64,000 bases of DNA. It comes from Fimbriosthenelais zetlandica (taxonomy: Eukaryota). Shown piece after piece: positions 52,644-64,000 of this stretch; the first letter of the stretch is position 1; each line of letters begins with the position of its first letter. The translations under genes and the position numbers were made by a program. The stretch is taken from positions 38,316,001 through 38,380,000 of the forward strand of contig OZ365113.1 of the NCBI GenBank assembly GCA_977030845.1, given 5' to 3'. The notes under the pieces are model-generated. The model saw nothing but the letters and a program-made list of their open reading frames with translations. It was not told the DNA's origin and did not search any database.

Positions 52644-54858
52644 ACTTACCTATATATTTTTCATAATTTGTAATACAATGGTAGGCCTATAATTCTGAAA
52701 TATTCTGTTCCTACAAAGTGCATTCCAAGCAAAATGCATGAGATTACAACAGAGTGAAATGCAGCGTGCACATTGTTTTATCAGGGATTATAGTGAGGGA
52801 AATGTTAATATTACATAGAGTACAATTCAGCACTGACTCGTCAAAATTAATGAAATGTTATGTACGTTATTTAATGAGCCGTTATGGACCAGTAGTACGT
52901 GGACATGTGACGGGTGGGAGGTGGGGGGGGGGAGGGAGGGGGGAGGGGGGAGCGGTCACCTGCATCACCAGGCTCAGGCATGGTCATGTAGAGAATCGAG
53001 AATTAAGCTTGAGCTTTGGCATTTAATGTGTTCTCTTGAAACTCAAAGGAAAGTCCATTTTAGCCAGGCAAAAACCATACGTACTACAGCGAAGTTATAA
53101 GCATATAGATGGAAATATTCTGATATGCACTGTTATAAGTAAATGATGATGCATAGGCACAGAAATACCATGCTGACAGGAAACTTGAAATTGGATTTAC
53201 TTTCAACTGCCTGCATGGGACTATTGTTCGAAGTGTGAAGGTTGAGGTTATTCCAACGAAAGGTAATTTCTGGAAATCATTTACTCTGAACTAAATATCA
53301 CATATCATAGAATGTAATTACATACGAACTATGTGCCATTTTCGTCATCATCTGAGGAGTTTAACCCAAATTAATATTACTTTGAATGAATATGGTCCCT
53401 CATATGGCCTGGTCTAAAATTTCTTGCAAAATTTCACATAGTGTTTGAATATATATTATTACATTGAATTATGTCCAAGTCTGCACAATTTTAAGATAAT
53501 GTTCTGTATAAAATACATAATATCAAAAAAATATTGACATATAATTCAATCAGAATACTATTTAGTGTGTATAGGCCTACTCAAATTGCATGGCGTTGAT
53601 TTATAATTAAAAGTATGTCACTAAGCTGGTATATATGAAGTAGGAATTATGTATGGTAAAACTAATGTACTGTGACCAGCCACCAGCTCGTTTCAGCTAG
53701 TATAAGCCTTTTTGGTTATTATTAAAGTGGCTTCCACGCTTCCTAACAGAATAAGAGGATATGGCTTATAGCTTAATCAGGCCTGAGAACGTTACATCAT
53801 ATTGTTGAGATTGAAATAATAGAGTATAATATGGTCAGTGCCCCAACTTCATTTATGAAATGAAGGGAAATAATAATTTTGGTTGTATAAAACATCTGTG
53901 CGAATGAACTCCACTAAAATCAATGATTATACTCGTTGATTCAATAAAGCTAAATTTTAAACAAGTCTATAGTATCTACTTCGCTCAAAAGCCTCACTAA
54001 AGCCAGTCGAATGCCACCCGCCGAGCCGGTTCATCCATATACATGTATATAATTAATGCAGGGGCCTGGCACAGTAGAAAAATGAATTACATTAACACAT
54101 TACTTGACATGAGTCATAATGTACCAGAGCTGAATTATGAAACAATCCCCAGGTTTGAATAAGGTTATGAATCATTGTGAAGAAGCTAACGAAATGTTCC
54201 AAATGAATTTGGCATTCAACAGCTAAGTGATCAGGTTTGTGGGGAATTTTAAGAAGAATAAACTAACGGATCACTGAATTGCTCAGTGAATTGCTTTTGG
54301 CAAGGGAATGAATTTGGAATGCTTCATGTAGGTCCAGCCAATGGTTACGGACTAGAAATAATAGAAGAGGCAAAAGGCACTGCTTTTCTTATTGAGAGAA
54401 CTATCATTATGACACCACTCATAATTATCTAGATATAAACTCGGCATTAATTGAAGAAACTGTGCAATAACCATGGATCTTTTGTATACTAAATGGACAC
54501 TTATCACACAAGCAAATGTGTTTCGAAGGTAGGATTTTCAACCGCATTTTCACACAAAATATTCCTCGATTGGAAGTCAAATTTGCTGTTGGTGATATAA
54601 TATTATTGATGCTCATCGGCCATTCGCGACTGAATAGGCTAACGGTTTATGAAATACACAATTATTTCATGTCATGTTTGATGTTATATTCTAAAATTAT
54701 ATATTCTAAAATCTGTATTCTAAAATCTGTACTTTATTTAATTGCAGGAATCAATAATAACCCACATACCCAGTGGCCACTTCTGGCATATTCCTTTCTT
54801 TCACTGTTATATAGACCTAATGTTCTCAATTCAATTTCTACTTTGTACAGGACGATCA

Positions 54859-56001
54859 ATGGCCGCCATGAAGGAGGGCGGTACCCCAGGTATTGATTCA
54901 AAGTCGGTTGTGGATGTAGATATAGGATCTGCCAGTTGTAAAGGCGGAGACATGGTGAACAAGACACGCAGTGCACCCAGCAGTCTCGGTGGCGATCGCC
55001 AGAAATGGACCAGCTCCAGGAACAACGCCCTCAAGGAGATCCAAATCTGGGCGACCGACGGTCGTGAAAACGACTCGTCTGATTATGCCAGACATTCAGG
55101 CCAGCTTATGGACAATGTAACTGAACAACGTATGCTCCAGTCTAAATTGTTGGAGCTCTCAAAGGAAAGACATAAATTTCTCACACAAAATGCATATGAG
55201 AAAAAAATATTCCTTGATCGCCAACAGCGCAAAAGCAATGCTCTTCGAGAGATGTTGGATGGTCTGTCTCACGACGGTCGTCGGCTATCATGGGGGGAGG
55301 AAGCAATGAAACGAAGGGCTAATATCGAAAATGAAAGCGTTGGCTCAGCTAGGGTTGCTTTACTCAACAGAGTGGATCCAAGAAAGAGAAGAGATCGACC
55401 TCGTGATGCTAATATGAAAGATGCAGATAGTCGACATAGCTCTTGTCCAACACCATCGGAATCTGGTCGCAAGACTCAACTCTCCTTCCCACAAGTCGTT
55501 CCCTCTGTGATCTCAAGTCCTCGAGACAAAAGACTGGTTTTCCACACTGAGCCGAAAACAGCAATTCGCACAGACAGACCGAAAACTTCATACGATCGGA
55601 TGACCAATACAGTATTACAAGTGGCCGATCATCCCCCGACCACTGTGAGATTTGCCGATTTCGATGACACTGATGGACCAACACTAGACATGAAAAATCC
55701 ACTGATATCCAAATGGTCAACCACTTCAAGAATGATGAACAGGCCTTCCTGTCAATCAGCAAGAAGTCGAAGTAGTTATGGAGAAGCAAACTGTTCGACC
55801 CCCTCAGTTGATTCACGTTATGTGATGCTGAAAAAATCCCTTTCGGATAATTATCTCAAGAATGGCGGCCATGTGGATGTTGTGCGAATCATAAATCGGA
55901 TCGAAGCACTTCACATGCCCTCTGCAAGGGCTAGCGAATTGAAACCACGAATGGGACAGAAAATCAAAGAATTCATTAGGGAAAGAGGACTTCAGATATA
56001 G
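54859..56001 (+). CDS. Uncharacterised 380-aa protein, single coding exon, with an N-terminal coiled-coil-like segment (possibly CCDC190-like)
   Basis: A long hydrophilic ORF follows the acceptor ttgtacag (54850) and ATG 54859. The track start at 54742 is a TTG in intron-like sequence. Helical block NVTEQRMLQSKLLELSKERHKFLTQNAYEKKIF. Family assignment is only a recollection. Confidence 0.8.
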   Translation: MAAMKEGGTPGIDSKSVVDVDIGSASCKGGDMVNKTRSAPSSLGGDRQKWTSSRNNALKEIQIWATDGRENDSSDYARHSGQLMDNVTEQRMLQSKLLELSKERHKFLTQNAYEKKIFLDRQQRKSNALREMLDGLSHDGRRLSWGEEAMKRRANIENESVGSARVALLNRVDPRKRRDRPRDANMKDADSRHSSCPTPSESGRKTQLSFPQVVPSVISSPRDKRLVFHTEPKTAIRTDRPKTSYDRMTNTVLQVADHPPTTVRFADFDDTDGPTLDMKNPLISKWSTTSRMMNRPSCQSARSRSSYGEANCSTPSVDSRYVMLKKSLSDNYLKNGGHVDVVRIINRIEALHMPSARASELKPRMGQKIKEFIRERGLQI

Positions 56002-56019
56002 CCTAGTTGAAATGATCAC

Positions 56020-56760
56020 TTTTTATCGGCCTATAGGCCCGTAGTTGGCCTACCGTAGGCCTAATATTAAAAATATCTAGGCCTATTATAACAATCATTA
56101 TTAAGCCTAGGCTAGGCCCATAGGCCTACTCAACTGGTAGGCCTAGCCTACAAAGTTTATTCTAGGAGCATAATTATGACCTGCTTTGTGATACCCGGTA
56201 GGTCCTAGGCCTTTTTCGATTTTGACTTCTATAGATCGATTTTGACTTAGAACTATTGATCTATAATTTCTAATTAAATAGCCTATACTATAGAAATTAT
56301 AGGCCTATTTAGGGTTATATTCCAAATAAAACGCGTTTTCAATACATTTGGGACTGGGTTGTTTTTAGACAGACCGAGATATAGGCCCTATTGGTAAAAG
56401 ATTTTTATAGGCTAGGCCTAGGACTATGTAGGCCTAGGCAATAGGACCTAGGCCTAGGTTCATATTATAGGCCTTAAAATAGCCANNNNNNNNNNNNNNN
56501 NNNNNNNNNNNNNNNNNNNNNNNNNNNNNNNNNNNNNNNNNNNNNNNNNNNNNNNNNNNNNNNNNNNNNNNNNNNNNNNNNNNNNNNNNNNNNNNNNNNN
56601 NNNNNNNNNNNNNNNNNNNNNNNNNNNNNNNNNTAATGGCCTGACCGACACGCGTTACGTAATGTTAGATCATAGACATAGAACTATAGGCTAATTTTAG
56701 GCCTAGATTAGAGGCGCCTTGCAAAAACCATAAAAACTTTGTTGTTGTAGGCCTAGCCTA
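56020..56760. repeat. TAGGCCTA-rich tract spanning the assembly gap
   Basis: About a dozen AGGCCT hexamers in total, on both sides of the N run. Confidence 0.8.
56486..56633. other. Assembly gap (148 N)
   Basis: Run of n characters. Confidence 1.
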
Positions 56761-56959
56761 AACAGGTCAATCGTAAATAAAGATACGGTACGGTACCGGT
56801 ACTCTTTTCAATATCATATCGAGTTTTTGTGAACACCAACCTTGCTCAAGTATGAAAATCCGCTCTTCCTCTCCTATATTCGAGCTGTGATTCGAGTGAT
56901 GATTTGGCCTGTGCCTCCATGATGAGTCCATGTTGGATTTGATGTCAGTGGTGCCATTA

Positions 56960-57164
56960 GTGGTAGGGAGATGAACTACCTTCCGGTGTAACGGGTTATA
57001 AGTAAGTCACGTGCTGTGTTTTACATTTTTCCCGCACCAGCTGTAACTTCCGGGACATTGGGAACTTGCAGTAGACGAATTCTTCTGTTGAAGAGCAAGG
57101 TCAAAAATTCCGATTGCATTATTTCTCAAAAAGATAAGGATCGATTCCTTGGTATCCCGGCAAA
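56960..57164. promoter_or_regulatory. Probable promoter of the STMP1-like gene, possibly bidirectional
   Basis: ETS-type CTTCCGG twice (about 56979 and 57046) and E-box GTCACGTG (about 57006) immediately upstream of the ATG at 57165. Confidence 0.5.
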
Positions 57165-57814
57165 ATGAGCTTGTTTAAGCGCTTGGTGAGTTGGTTCATA
57201 ACATAGCAGATTTCCTACCTCATACCCGAGATTGCGTAGCTCGCGCGGTAGGTCGGGGGCAAGGCCCACTGACTGAGGGCAGGGCCAGGCCAGGGGTTAG
57301 GCTAGATAGAGCATCTATCCCTCTGCTGGGTGGAGCCTGTGTAACCCTAGAAGGGGCGATCATATAGGCTATGGCTAGGCTAGCTTTAGTACTGGTTTAG
57401 AACCATGATTTATCTGATTCTCACCAGAATTGTTCGTATTCCACAACTATTTAGCCTACTTAACTTTGTATAACTGATCATATAACTGTTCATTGATCCA
57501 CTTCCCCCTTTTACAGTTGACGTTTGGTGTTGGTGTCTATGCAGGGCTCTACATAGATCAACATTATGAGGTATGATGAGGTCTTACTCACGACAAATAG
57601 GTCATTTATTATAAATTTTCCGTTTGTTTGAAAAAATGTTAATGGGAAATGATAGGCATTGTGCAATTTATTATTGGAAATGATTAAGCATAACTTAATA
57701 CTTTATAAATATTTTCTGCCGCAGTTTCCCCGAGTTGACGACCCCGCCAAATTACTGGAGAAATTTAATGAATGGATGGAGCAATACAAGAGAGATAAAC
57801 CAAAAGGCGACTGA
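57165..57814 (+). CDS. STMP1: Short transmembrane mitochondrial protein 1-like microprotein (54 aa)
   Basis: Exons 57165-57185, 57517-57570, 57725-57814, all phase 0 with strong splice sites (TTG|gtgagt, ttttacag, GAG|gtatga, ctgccgcag). Product: MSLFKRLLTFGVGVYAGLYIDQHYEFPRVDDPAKLLEKFNEWMEQYKRDKPKGD; the GxxxGxYxxQxY pattern matches STMP1/C7orf73. Confidence 0.88.
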
Positions 57815-58625
57815 TGAAAGGACAAAATCAATTAAATTTATTATGATTAGTCTACATCTTCAAATAACTTATTTCCATAAAAACTGTATGCGGTATGGAC
57901 TGCGTGCCGATACACGTGCCGATCGACTTGCCAATCGGCTCGAGTTGGGTTCTGGTTTAAAAGTGTGATAAAATTCTGTTTTGTTTTTTTTTACATAAAT
58001 AATACATGGGAATCTCTCCAAGTGTCCAGTGTAAGAATATTAGAGTGTTCATTGTATAAATGTGTCATTTGTAAAGATACATATTTCGAGTACAATAACG
58101 GTATCTGAAATATAATCATTCCAGTCAATATAAATGAAATGTTTAAACAAAGGGATTAAAAACTGAAGTGATAGGCTATACATCTGTGGTTGAGTTAAAT
58201 TGATCATCAAAAGCTTGAGAATTGCAAAGTTGTAAATATTTACCATCAAATGTATAGGATATGCTTTTTAAAAAGTACTTTTAAAAAAAATATTTCTAAT
58301 TCATGAGACGGAATTAATCTGAGTTTAACAGGCTTCTATATTTATAACGTCCATGGTGGTAGAGATATTCTGAGGGATTACGGAATACAAGACTTGGCAC
58401 AGAGCTAGAATCTGACTTGTTAATACCTCGATCAGTATGCTTATGTAACACTTAAAATTTGAGCGGGTAACATGTATAGAAAAACTAATATATACTGGCA
58501 TATATTCCATCAGCATGCTTTGGTATGGAATAATGGATCGATATGTAATAAATTACTTATAACTAATCGTTTTTCTAAGAACAATTAACATGTTATTCTC
58601 ACCAAAATAAAATGAAAAGTGTCCC

Positions 58626-60655
58626 TCAGGAAACCTTGATTTTTTGTCCAAAATAATGATCACACAATAATAGCGGACAGTCATTGAAGTCTAGCTTGTA
58701 ATCATAATACAAGTTCAGCTCTTGAGGGTTGTCTTGAGTTGCACCTGGATAGCCGCACTCCTCCAGGCTTTTGTGAGCTGGTAGCAGGGATTTGGTATCT
58801 CTGGATCGCTCGGTAAAGAGCACCATTTGTGAGGTGATACAGCCTGTTCTCTCAACGAGGAGCTGAGCCAAGCCTTCAACTGTGATGTGAGAATGCACCA
58901 GCTCCGTCATGTGCGCTGGATGGGGTTTGGTAGGCTCGAAATTTACCAGATACATCGATACGAGAATGTACCTGGAAAAAAATACAATTCAGTCAGTACC
59001 CTGGGGAAATTTCGGAACTCGTTAGCTTTAAAAGGAATATGAGTTTAATACAAGGTGACAAAGAGTGCTCGCATGATGATATAAATTAGAAAATCAAATT
59101 ATAGCGCGTAAAAAAATGTTAGAATAAAAAGTAAGTTTACCTTGGATATGCTTGCTTGTATGGTTCCCCATCCCAACGCGCTACTTTACAATGTGGACAG
59201 CGTTTGAGTTCTCGGTCTGATAGAATTATTCTTGGACGAATGTCTTTGGGTTTGTATGCCTCCTCCTGTTTCCTGTAAAAGAAAACAAAATCCATATTAT
59301 AAAGAGAAAAAAAGAGAGCCTGTTCAAATTTTGATAATTTAACATATTTGCCGGACAACAAATTTCACCTTGCAATGACCATTCCTTCACGAACGTCATG
59401 GTAGTCCACTTCGTCATTATCGTACTTGTCAAATATGACACAAAATAAATGAAGTTCAACTTCATTGCAAGGCATTCCCAAATCTCTGAGGCCTGAAATA
59501 TATATGACAAAATAATTAATGACAATTGATTTAATTTAGATGTCTTGATAAATTAGCACCTCTGATTAGAATCCGAATCCATTTTAGGATAATGGATATA
59601 TAGAAATAATAAGGAACTGTGCGCTTACTCACATGATTTTATTTCGTCAAAAGAAAGTACGCCTTCCCCATCAACATCAAACTTCCTGAACAGGTCAATA
59701 GATCTGTTGGAATTTTCCCGCAGCCAAATGTCCATTCGAGAGAGAAAATCTCTGTACGGCTCCCCACTTTTTCGTAGAGTGTTGGCTTCACTGTCCAGTT
59801 TTGCCTGTTGAAACATACATTATTTCTTTATATAAACATTTTGCCAAGTGAGTTAATTTTTCTAAACTATTATTTCTAATGAAATACAACCTACTCTCAC
59901 ATCAGGGTTTTCCTATGCTATGGGTATTAAACTGTGCAAGACTTTATATTACAATAAGTACCGGTCGCTAGGCTTACCTTTGCCTTTTCTGCACTCGATA
60001 CTTTGCCTTTTTTCTTCTTTTTGGAACCCTTCTCAGATTTTGCGGATGAGGTGGGCTGATGGACTCCGACCATTGTGACAGGGTCGCTCGGCATTGCTGC
60101 CACCTCGGACATGGCCGGACTCCTGAAATAAAAATTCTTAGTCCATGATAACGTGTTTATGGTTGGGTAGACCTAGATAAAATAGAATAATTTGATCATT
60201 AACGGTTCGAAAGATACTGATTAAAATTCCGAATAAATTATACATGTATGTGTACATAAGAATAATCATATAGAAAGTAAAGTCGACATTCTCTCCATGG
60301 TGATATGGAACAATGTATTCGTTGATAATTTAGTACTGTGTATTAGCATGAAACATGTCATTCACCACACCGGTTAGTATTCACACTTAATATACATTTT
60401 TTTCCTTTTTGTTGTAAAAAAAATAGCAAATAAAAGATTCTTTTAGATGGAAAAGTCATGTTATATATCAACATTATTAAAGGAACTATATAGAGGAAAA
60501 AACCTGTCAATAAACCTTAATATAGTCATTTGATTTGCCAGTTGCAGTGTTTCCACTACAGGCTTTGTTCGCTGTTCTTCCTTTGCCTGGCTTTGACTGC
60601 TTGGACTCCTCTTGGGCTTTTTGGACTTCTTAACCTTGCCCTTGGATTTTGGCAT
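58626..60655 (-). CDS. Uncharacterised EF-hand protein (~356 aa) with lysine-rich N-terminus
   Basis: Exons 60655-60504, 60122-59978, 59804-59633, 59492-59369, 59272-59141, 58971-58626; 1071 nt, open. EF-hand loop DVDGEGVLSFDE and a degenerate second loop DKYDNDEVDYHD. A probable non-coding first exon ends at 61108 (gtgagt donor). The donor after the first coding exon is weak (GTTTTT). Confidence 0.85.
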
Positions 60656-61377
60656 ATTGATGATTTGATGAGATATCTATTTCTAAAAGAAGACTCAAGG
60701 ATTATGCACCATGATTAAAAAGCATAAACATCGACAACAGAGAAATTCCATTAGTATTTAAAGGCATAGTCTACCACCAATATTTTCAGCAAAGAAAGTG
60801 AAACAAGTCGGTTAATTCTTATTTAGGCCTATTATTTTTTATAGATAAAATGAACCATGCACTTCAAATTAACTTTTTTTCATAAAACAAAACCACACAT
60901 GTATTTGCCTTAGACTAATTATGAAAAATACTCAATGTAAAGTAGTATCCACGATCAGTAGCACTCAGAAAAGCACACGTCAACGAGAGCAAAACACAAG
61001 GCCGTCATTGGCGTCAAGGGCCCAGACCCCCAGTCACTGACCATGGAGTCAGATCTATGATTATGAAGTATGATCAGTGTAAATGCTTTTGTCAGAAGTG
61101 AACTCACGCTGATCCTCCCCTTGACCGCATAACTTTATCTAGCTACAAACCGAACGTCTGGAATGTTTGTTCCCAATATTAGAATGTATATTCCTCGTAA
61201 ATTGTTCTATGATTTTGCTCCAGACAGAAGTCAGTCAAGGCCGTGCCCCTTTGTTTACATCGGCGACCAGGTTGCCCCGACAGACCGCGCCATCTACTTC
61301 CGGTCAATTTTAGGTGTCACTGCAGTAAATTTCGCACGTGGCTTTCCACGCCCCTTTCTTCTTGCTGTTGCCGGGGG

Positions 61378-62150
61378 TTAAAGACCAGGAATTAATTTCA
61401 AGCATTCTTAACATGTATTATAGACACTAAGTGTGACTTACTGAATACAGCAAGAAGAAGTTAGGAAAGTGGCGGAGTTTAATTCCCTGTGCCCATCCCT
61501 AGAAATTCAGGTCTTGCAACTCAAGATAATTTTTATTGGTCTCTAAAATCGTGTGAAAAGACCAGGACTCGATTTCAAATCTTTCTTATCATGCGTTTAC
61601 TTCCTAGATTATAGAGATTAGATATGGCTTATTGAATATAGCAAGAAAAAGTTAGGAAAGTGGCGCAAATTTTATCGTGGAATAAGTTCCTGTGCCCATC
61701 CCTATCAATTCAGGTCTTGCAATTCCAAATAATTTTTTATCTATAATAGAATAGAGCCTAAAAAGGTTAGACACAAACTTTAAAAGTTATCATATTTGTA
61801 TATCATTCTAATTTAAATTATTCCATACACAAAATACTAAATACGACAGTTACACTTACAATACTCCAGGACGCTGGAAATGTTATCGTAGGGCGATTTC
61901 ATATCGCAATCGCTTATAGGCCTAATTCAGGTCTTGCAACTCAACATATTTTTTATTGGTCTCCAAAATCGTGTTAAAAGACCAGGAATAGATTTCAAGT
62001 CTTTCTTATCATGCGTTACTTCATAGTTTATAGTTATCAAATATTGCTTACTAAATATAACAAGAAAAGGTTAGGAAAGTGGCACAAATTTTATCGAGGA
62101 GTAGGCCTAGGCCTAATTTCCTGTACCCATCCCTATCAATTCAGGTATTG
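61378..62150 (+). repeat. ~195-bp repeat unit in about three partial or complete copies
   Basis: caagaa.aagttaggaaagtggc, cctgt.cccatccct and aattcaggtcttgcaa recur at about 61450, 61640 and 62060; aaagaccagga...gatttcaa.tctttcttatcatgcg recurs at about 61557 and 61977. Confidence 0.85.
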
Positions 62151-63579
62151 CTATAACAAATATTATTCATTACAATAAAATGAAAAGTTAAAAATATATT
62201 ATTTGCCAAAAATTAACATATTAGCATTTACGGTCTTGGAATTTAACGACAAAAGTTTATTTTATTTGTCCGATACTTTTATTTCCACTATTTCATTAAA
62301 AGACATACATTATGATTGATCATGGTTAATTAACAAGAAGCAGTAAATAAGGCCGTATAGATCTAAGATGACAACTCCTCACAGCACATTAACTAGAGCG
62401 GTGACACACAAAGGGGCAATGATATCTTCCTCTGATAAGTTATCATTGATTAAAACCGAGTCAGAATAATTACATGCGCAGGGGATGTTAAACGGTAATA
62501 ATTAATAAAATTGAAGAAGTGACATCAATATAATAATTATCTGGATCTTTCTCAAACATGTCTACGATAGGAAACCACTGGACAAGAATGTGCCAGTACT
62601 ACTACTCATCGTACCTGACGTAATATTCAAAACATGCAAAAAATAAAATGATATCGTCAACAAAAATGAAGTGAGTTAAAATTGATTGCGACTATTCACC
62701 AAATTTTGGACTGAAAATAATTGGACAAATTTCTAATTTGCATACCCCGAATATGACACATGTAACTATATTCTATCAGGCCTAACACGTAATTTGATAG
62801 AAAGCGTTCTCAGTTGGCACAGAACATCAATTCTAGGTCTAAATAGATGCCGAAGACTATAGCCTGGCCATAGGGGCTGTCTATTAGATCTGTATATGAT
62901 CAATTTAATGGGCCAATCTAGCTGGATATAAGGTACCTAGTACAGTGTAATCTAAACTAAGATCCTTCTTTTAGCGCAACATAAAAATGCCCCCATTATT
63001 TCGACAACTTCTCTCATATTCGCGCTTTTAAAACTTAGAGAGTACCAAAATAAATCCGGGACTTTCAGTCACTGTAAATGACTTTCATGATTTATATCGA
63101 TACGAGGATGACAAAAATATAATTACATTCCCCGAGCACATGATAATTTTCAGCTCCCGGGGGAATCACACAATACCTTTGGTTACATTATTTTTCACAG
63201 AATATTCTTTTCAATTTGTTAAGTGCCTAGTCCCTTGATGTTTTCATTCACCGCACAGGTATACTGCGACAAAGGTACTTATTATTAGAGCTACATGCAA
63301 AATCATTGTGTAAATAAAAACTTGCTAAAATGACGGTGGTGATACCGGAAGGACTGCTGCCATGCCAGTCTGTAATGATGACGTAACACAGCCAGACCAC
63401 AGTGGTGCCACCAGTGGCGTCTGCCAAACCTGTTAATTGAGAAAAATGGTAGATGCTGCGAAGGTTGTTACTGTATGGAAAGAGTAAGAGGGCCGCATGA
63501 TTGATGTTGAGATGGGGCTTGGTCGTGACCTGGGGGCACCAGGAGTTGCGCATCTGCTGCCAGAGGGCGCAGAGTACAC

Positions 63580-64000
63580 TCAGTAATAGGTCTCCTGCTC
63601 CACCCATCCACCCGGGTTCCGACGTAGGATGTACTTCCGGCCCTCGTCGTAGATGAAGATAACGAGGGAAAAAGGCATGGGAGGGACCCACCATGTCCAC
63701 CTAAGGAAAGAACAAAATGTACAACATTTAGACATTATGGAGAAGGCAAATAAGCTTAGTGAATCTTTCTGAAGTATTTTAAAATGAATGTTAATTTTAT
63801 AGAGCAGTAAAAACTGATTAGAATTTTATCAGACTTACCGGAGGGGGTACATACGAAGGCCCTTGTCTAAACCCGGACAATAGGCCAAAAACGCAGCCAG
63901 TGCAGTCTCGAAGAAAAGCCCAAAAGTCATGTGATGGTTTAACATGCCCTGATGGATGATGGAATTACGACGAGTCTTGCAGATCATCAGATCGGCCCAC
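63580..64000 (-). CDS. ATP1A: Na+/K+-ATPase alpha subunit, last two coding exons (gene continues beyond the right edge)
   Basis: 64000-63839 encodes [54 protein letters not shown]. 63700-63580 encodes [39 protein letters not shown], the hallmark ETYY terminus. Confidence 0.98.

Noticed and set aside
52990-54420. Short open frames with splice-like ends on both strands (e.g. about 53170-53270 and 54125-54265)
   Set aside because: They could not be assembled into a recognisable protein, and frames this long arise by chance.
61260-61380. RFX X-box for the EF-hand gene
   Set aside because: Only GTTGCC half-sites are present; no full palindrome.

Overview
AT-rich, intron-containing animal genomic DNA (invertebrate-like; an echinoderm or hemichordate is plausible but not proven), with one 148-N assembly gap. 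Genes reconstructed by hand from splice signals: (1) the 5' part of a voltage-gated Ca2+ channel alpha2/delta gene (CACNA2D1/2-like, minus strand, 7 exons, 19.3-kb first intron, runs off the left edge); (2) an unusual ~835-aa gene with two glutaminase-type ankyrin cassettes joined to one large exon encoding more ankyrin repeats, a basic NLS-like motif and a death domain; (3) complete PSMC2/Rpt1 (10 exons, 433 aa), with a canonical antioxidant-response element in intron 1; (4) a divergent single-exon bHLH gene; (5) two intact tandem SLC22/Orct-like transporters showing patchy near-identity suggestive of gene conversion; (6) an uncharacterised single-exon 380-aa ORF; (7) a 54-aa three-exon STMP1-like microprotein gene that the ORF track misses; (8) an uncharacterised 356-aa EF-hand protein; (9) the last two exons of a Na+/K+-ATPase alpha subunit. 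Non-coding features include a MITE with TIR and TSD, LINE and SINE remnants, micro- and minisatellites, dispersed direct repeats, a pre-miRNA-like hairpin, and dense TAGGCCTA palindrome clusters flanking promoters. No tRNA, rRNA or CRISPR features were seen. All family assignments rest on recalled motifs, not database searches.
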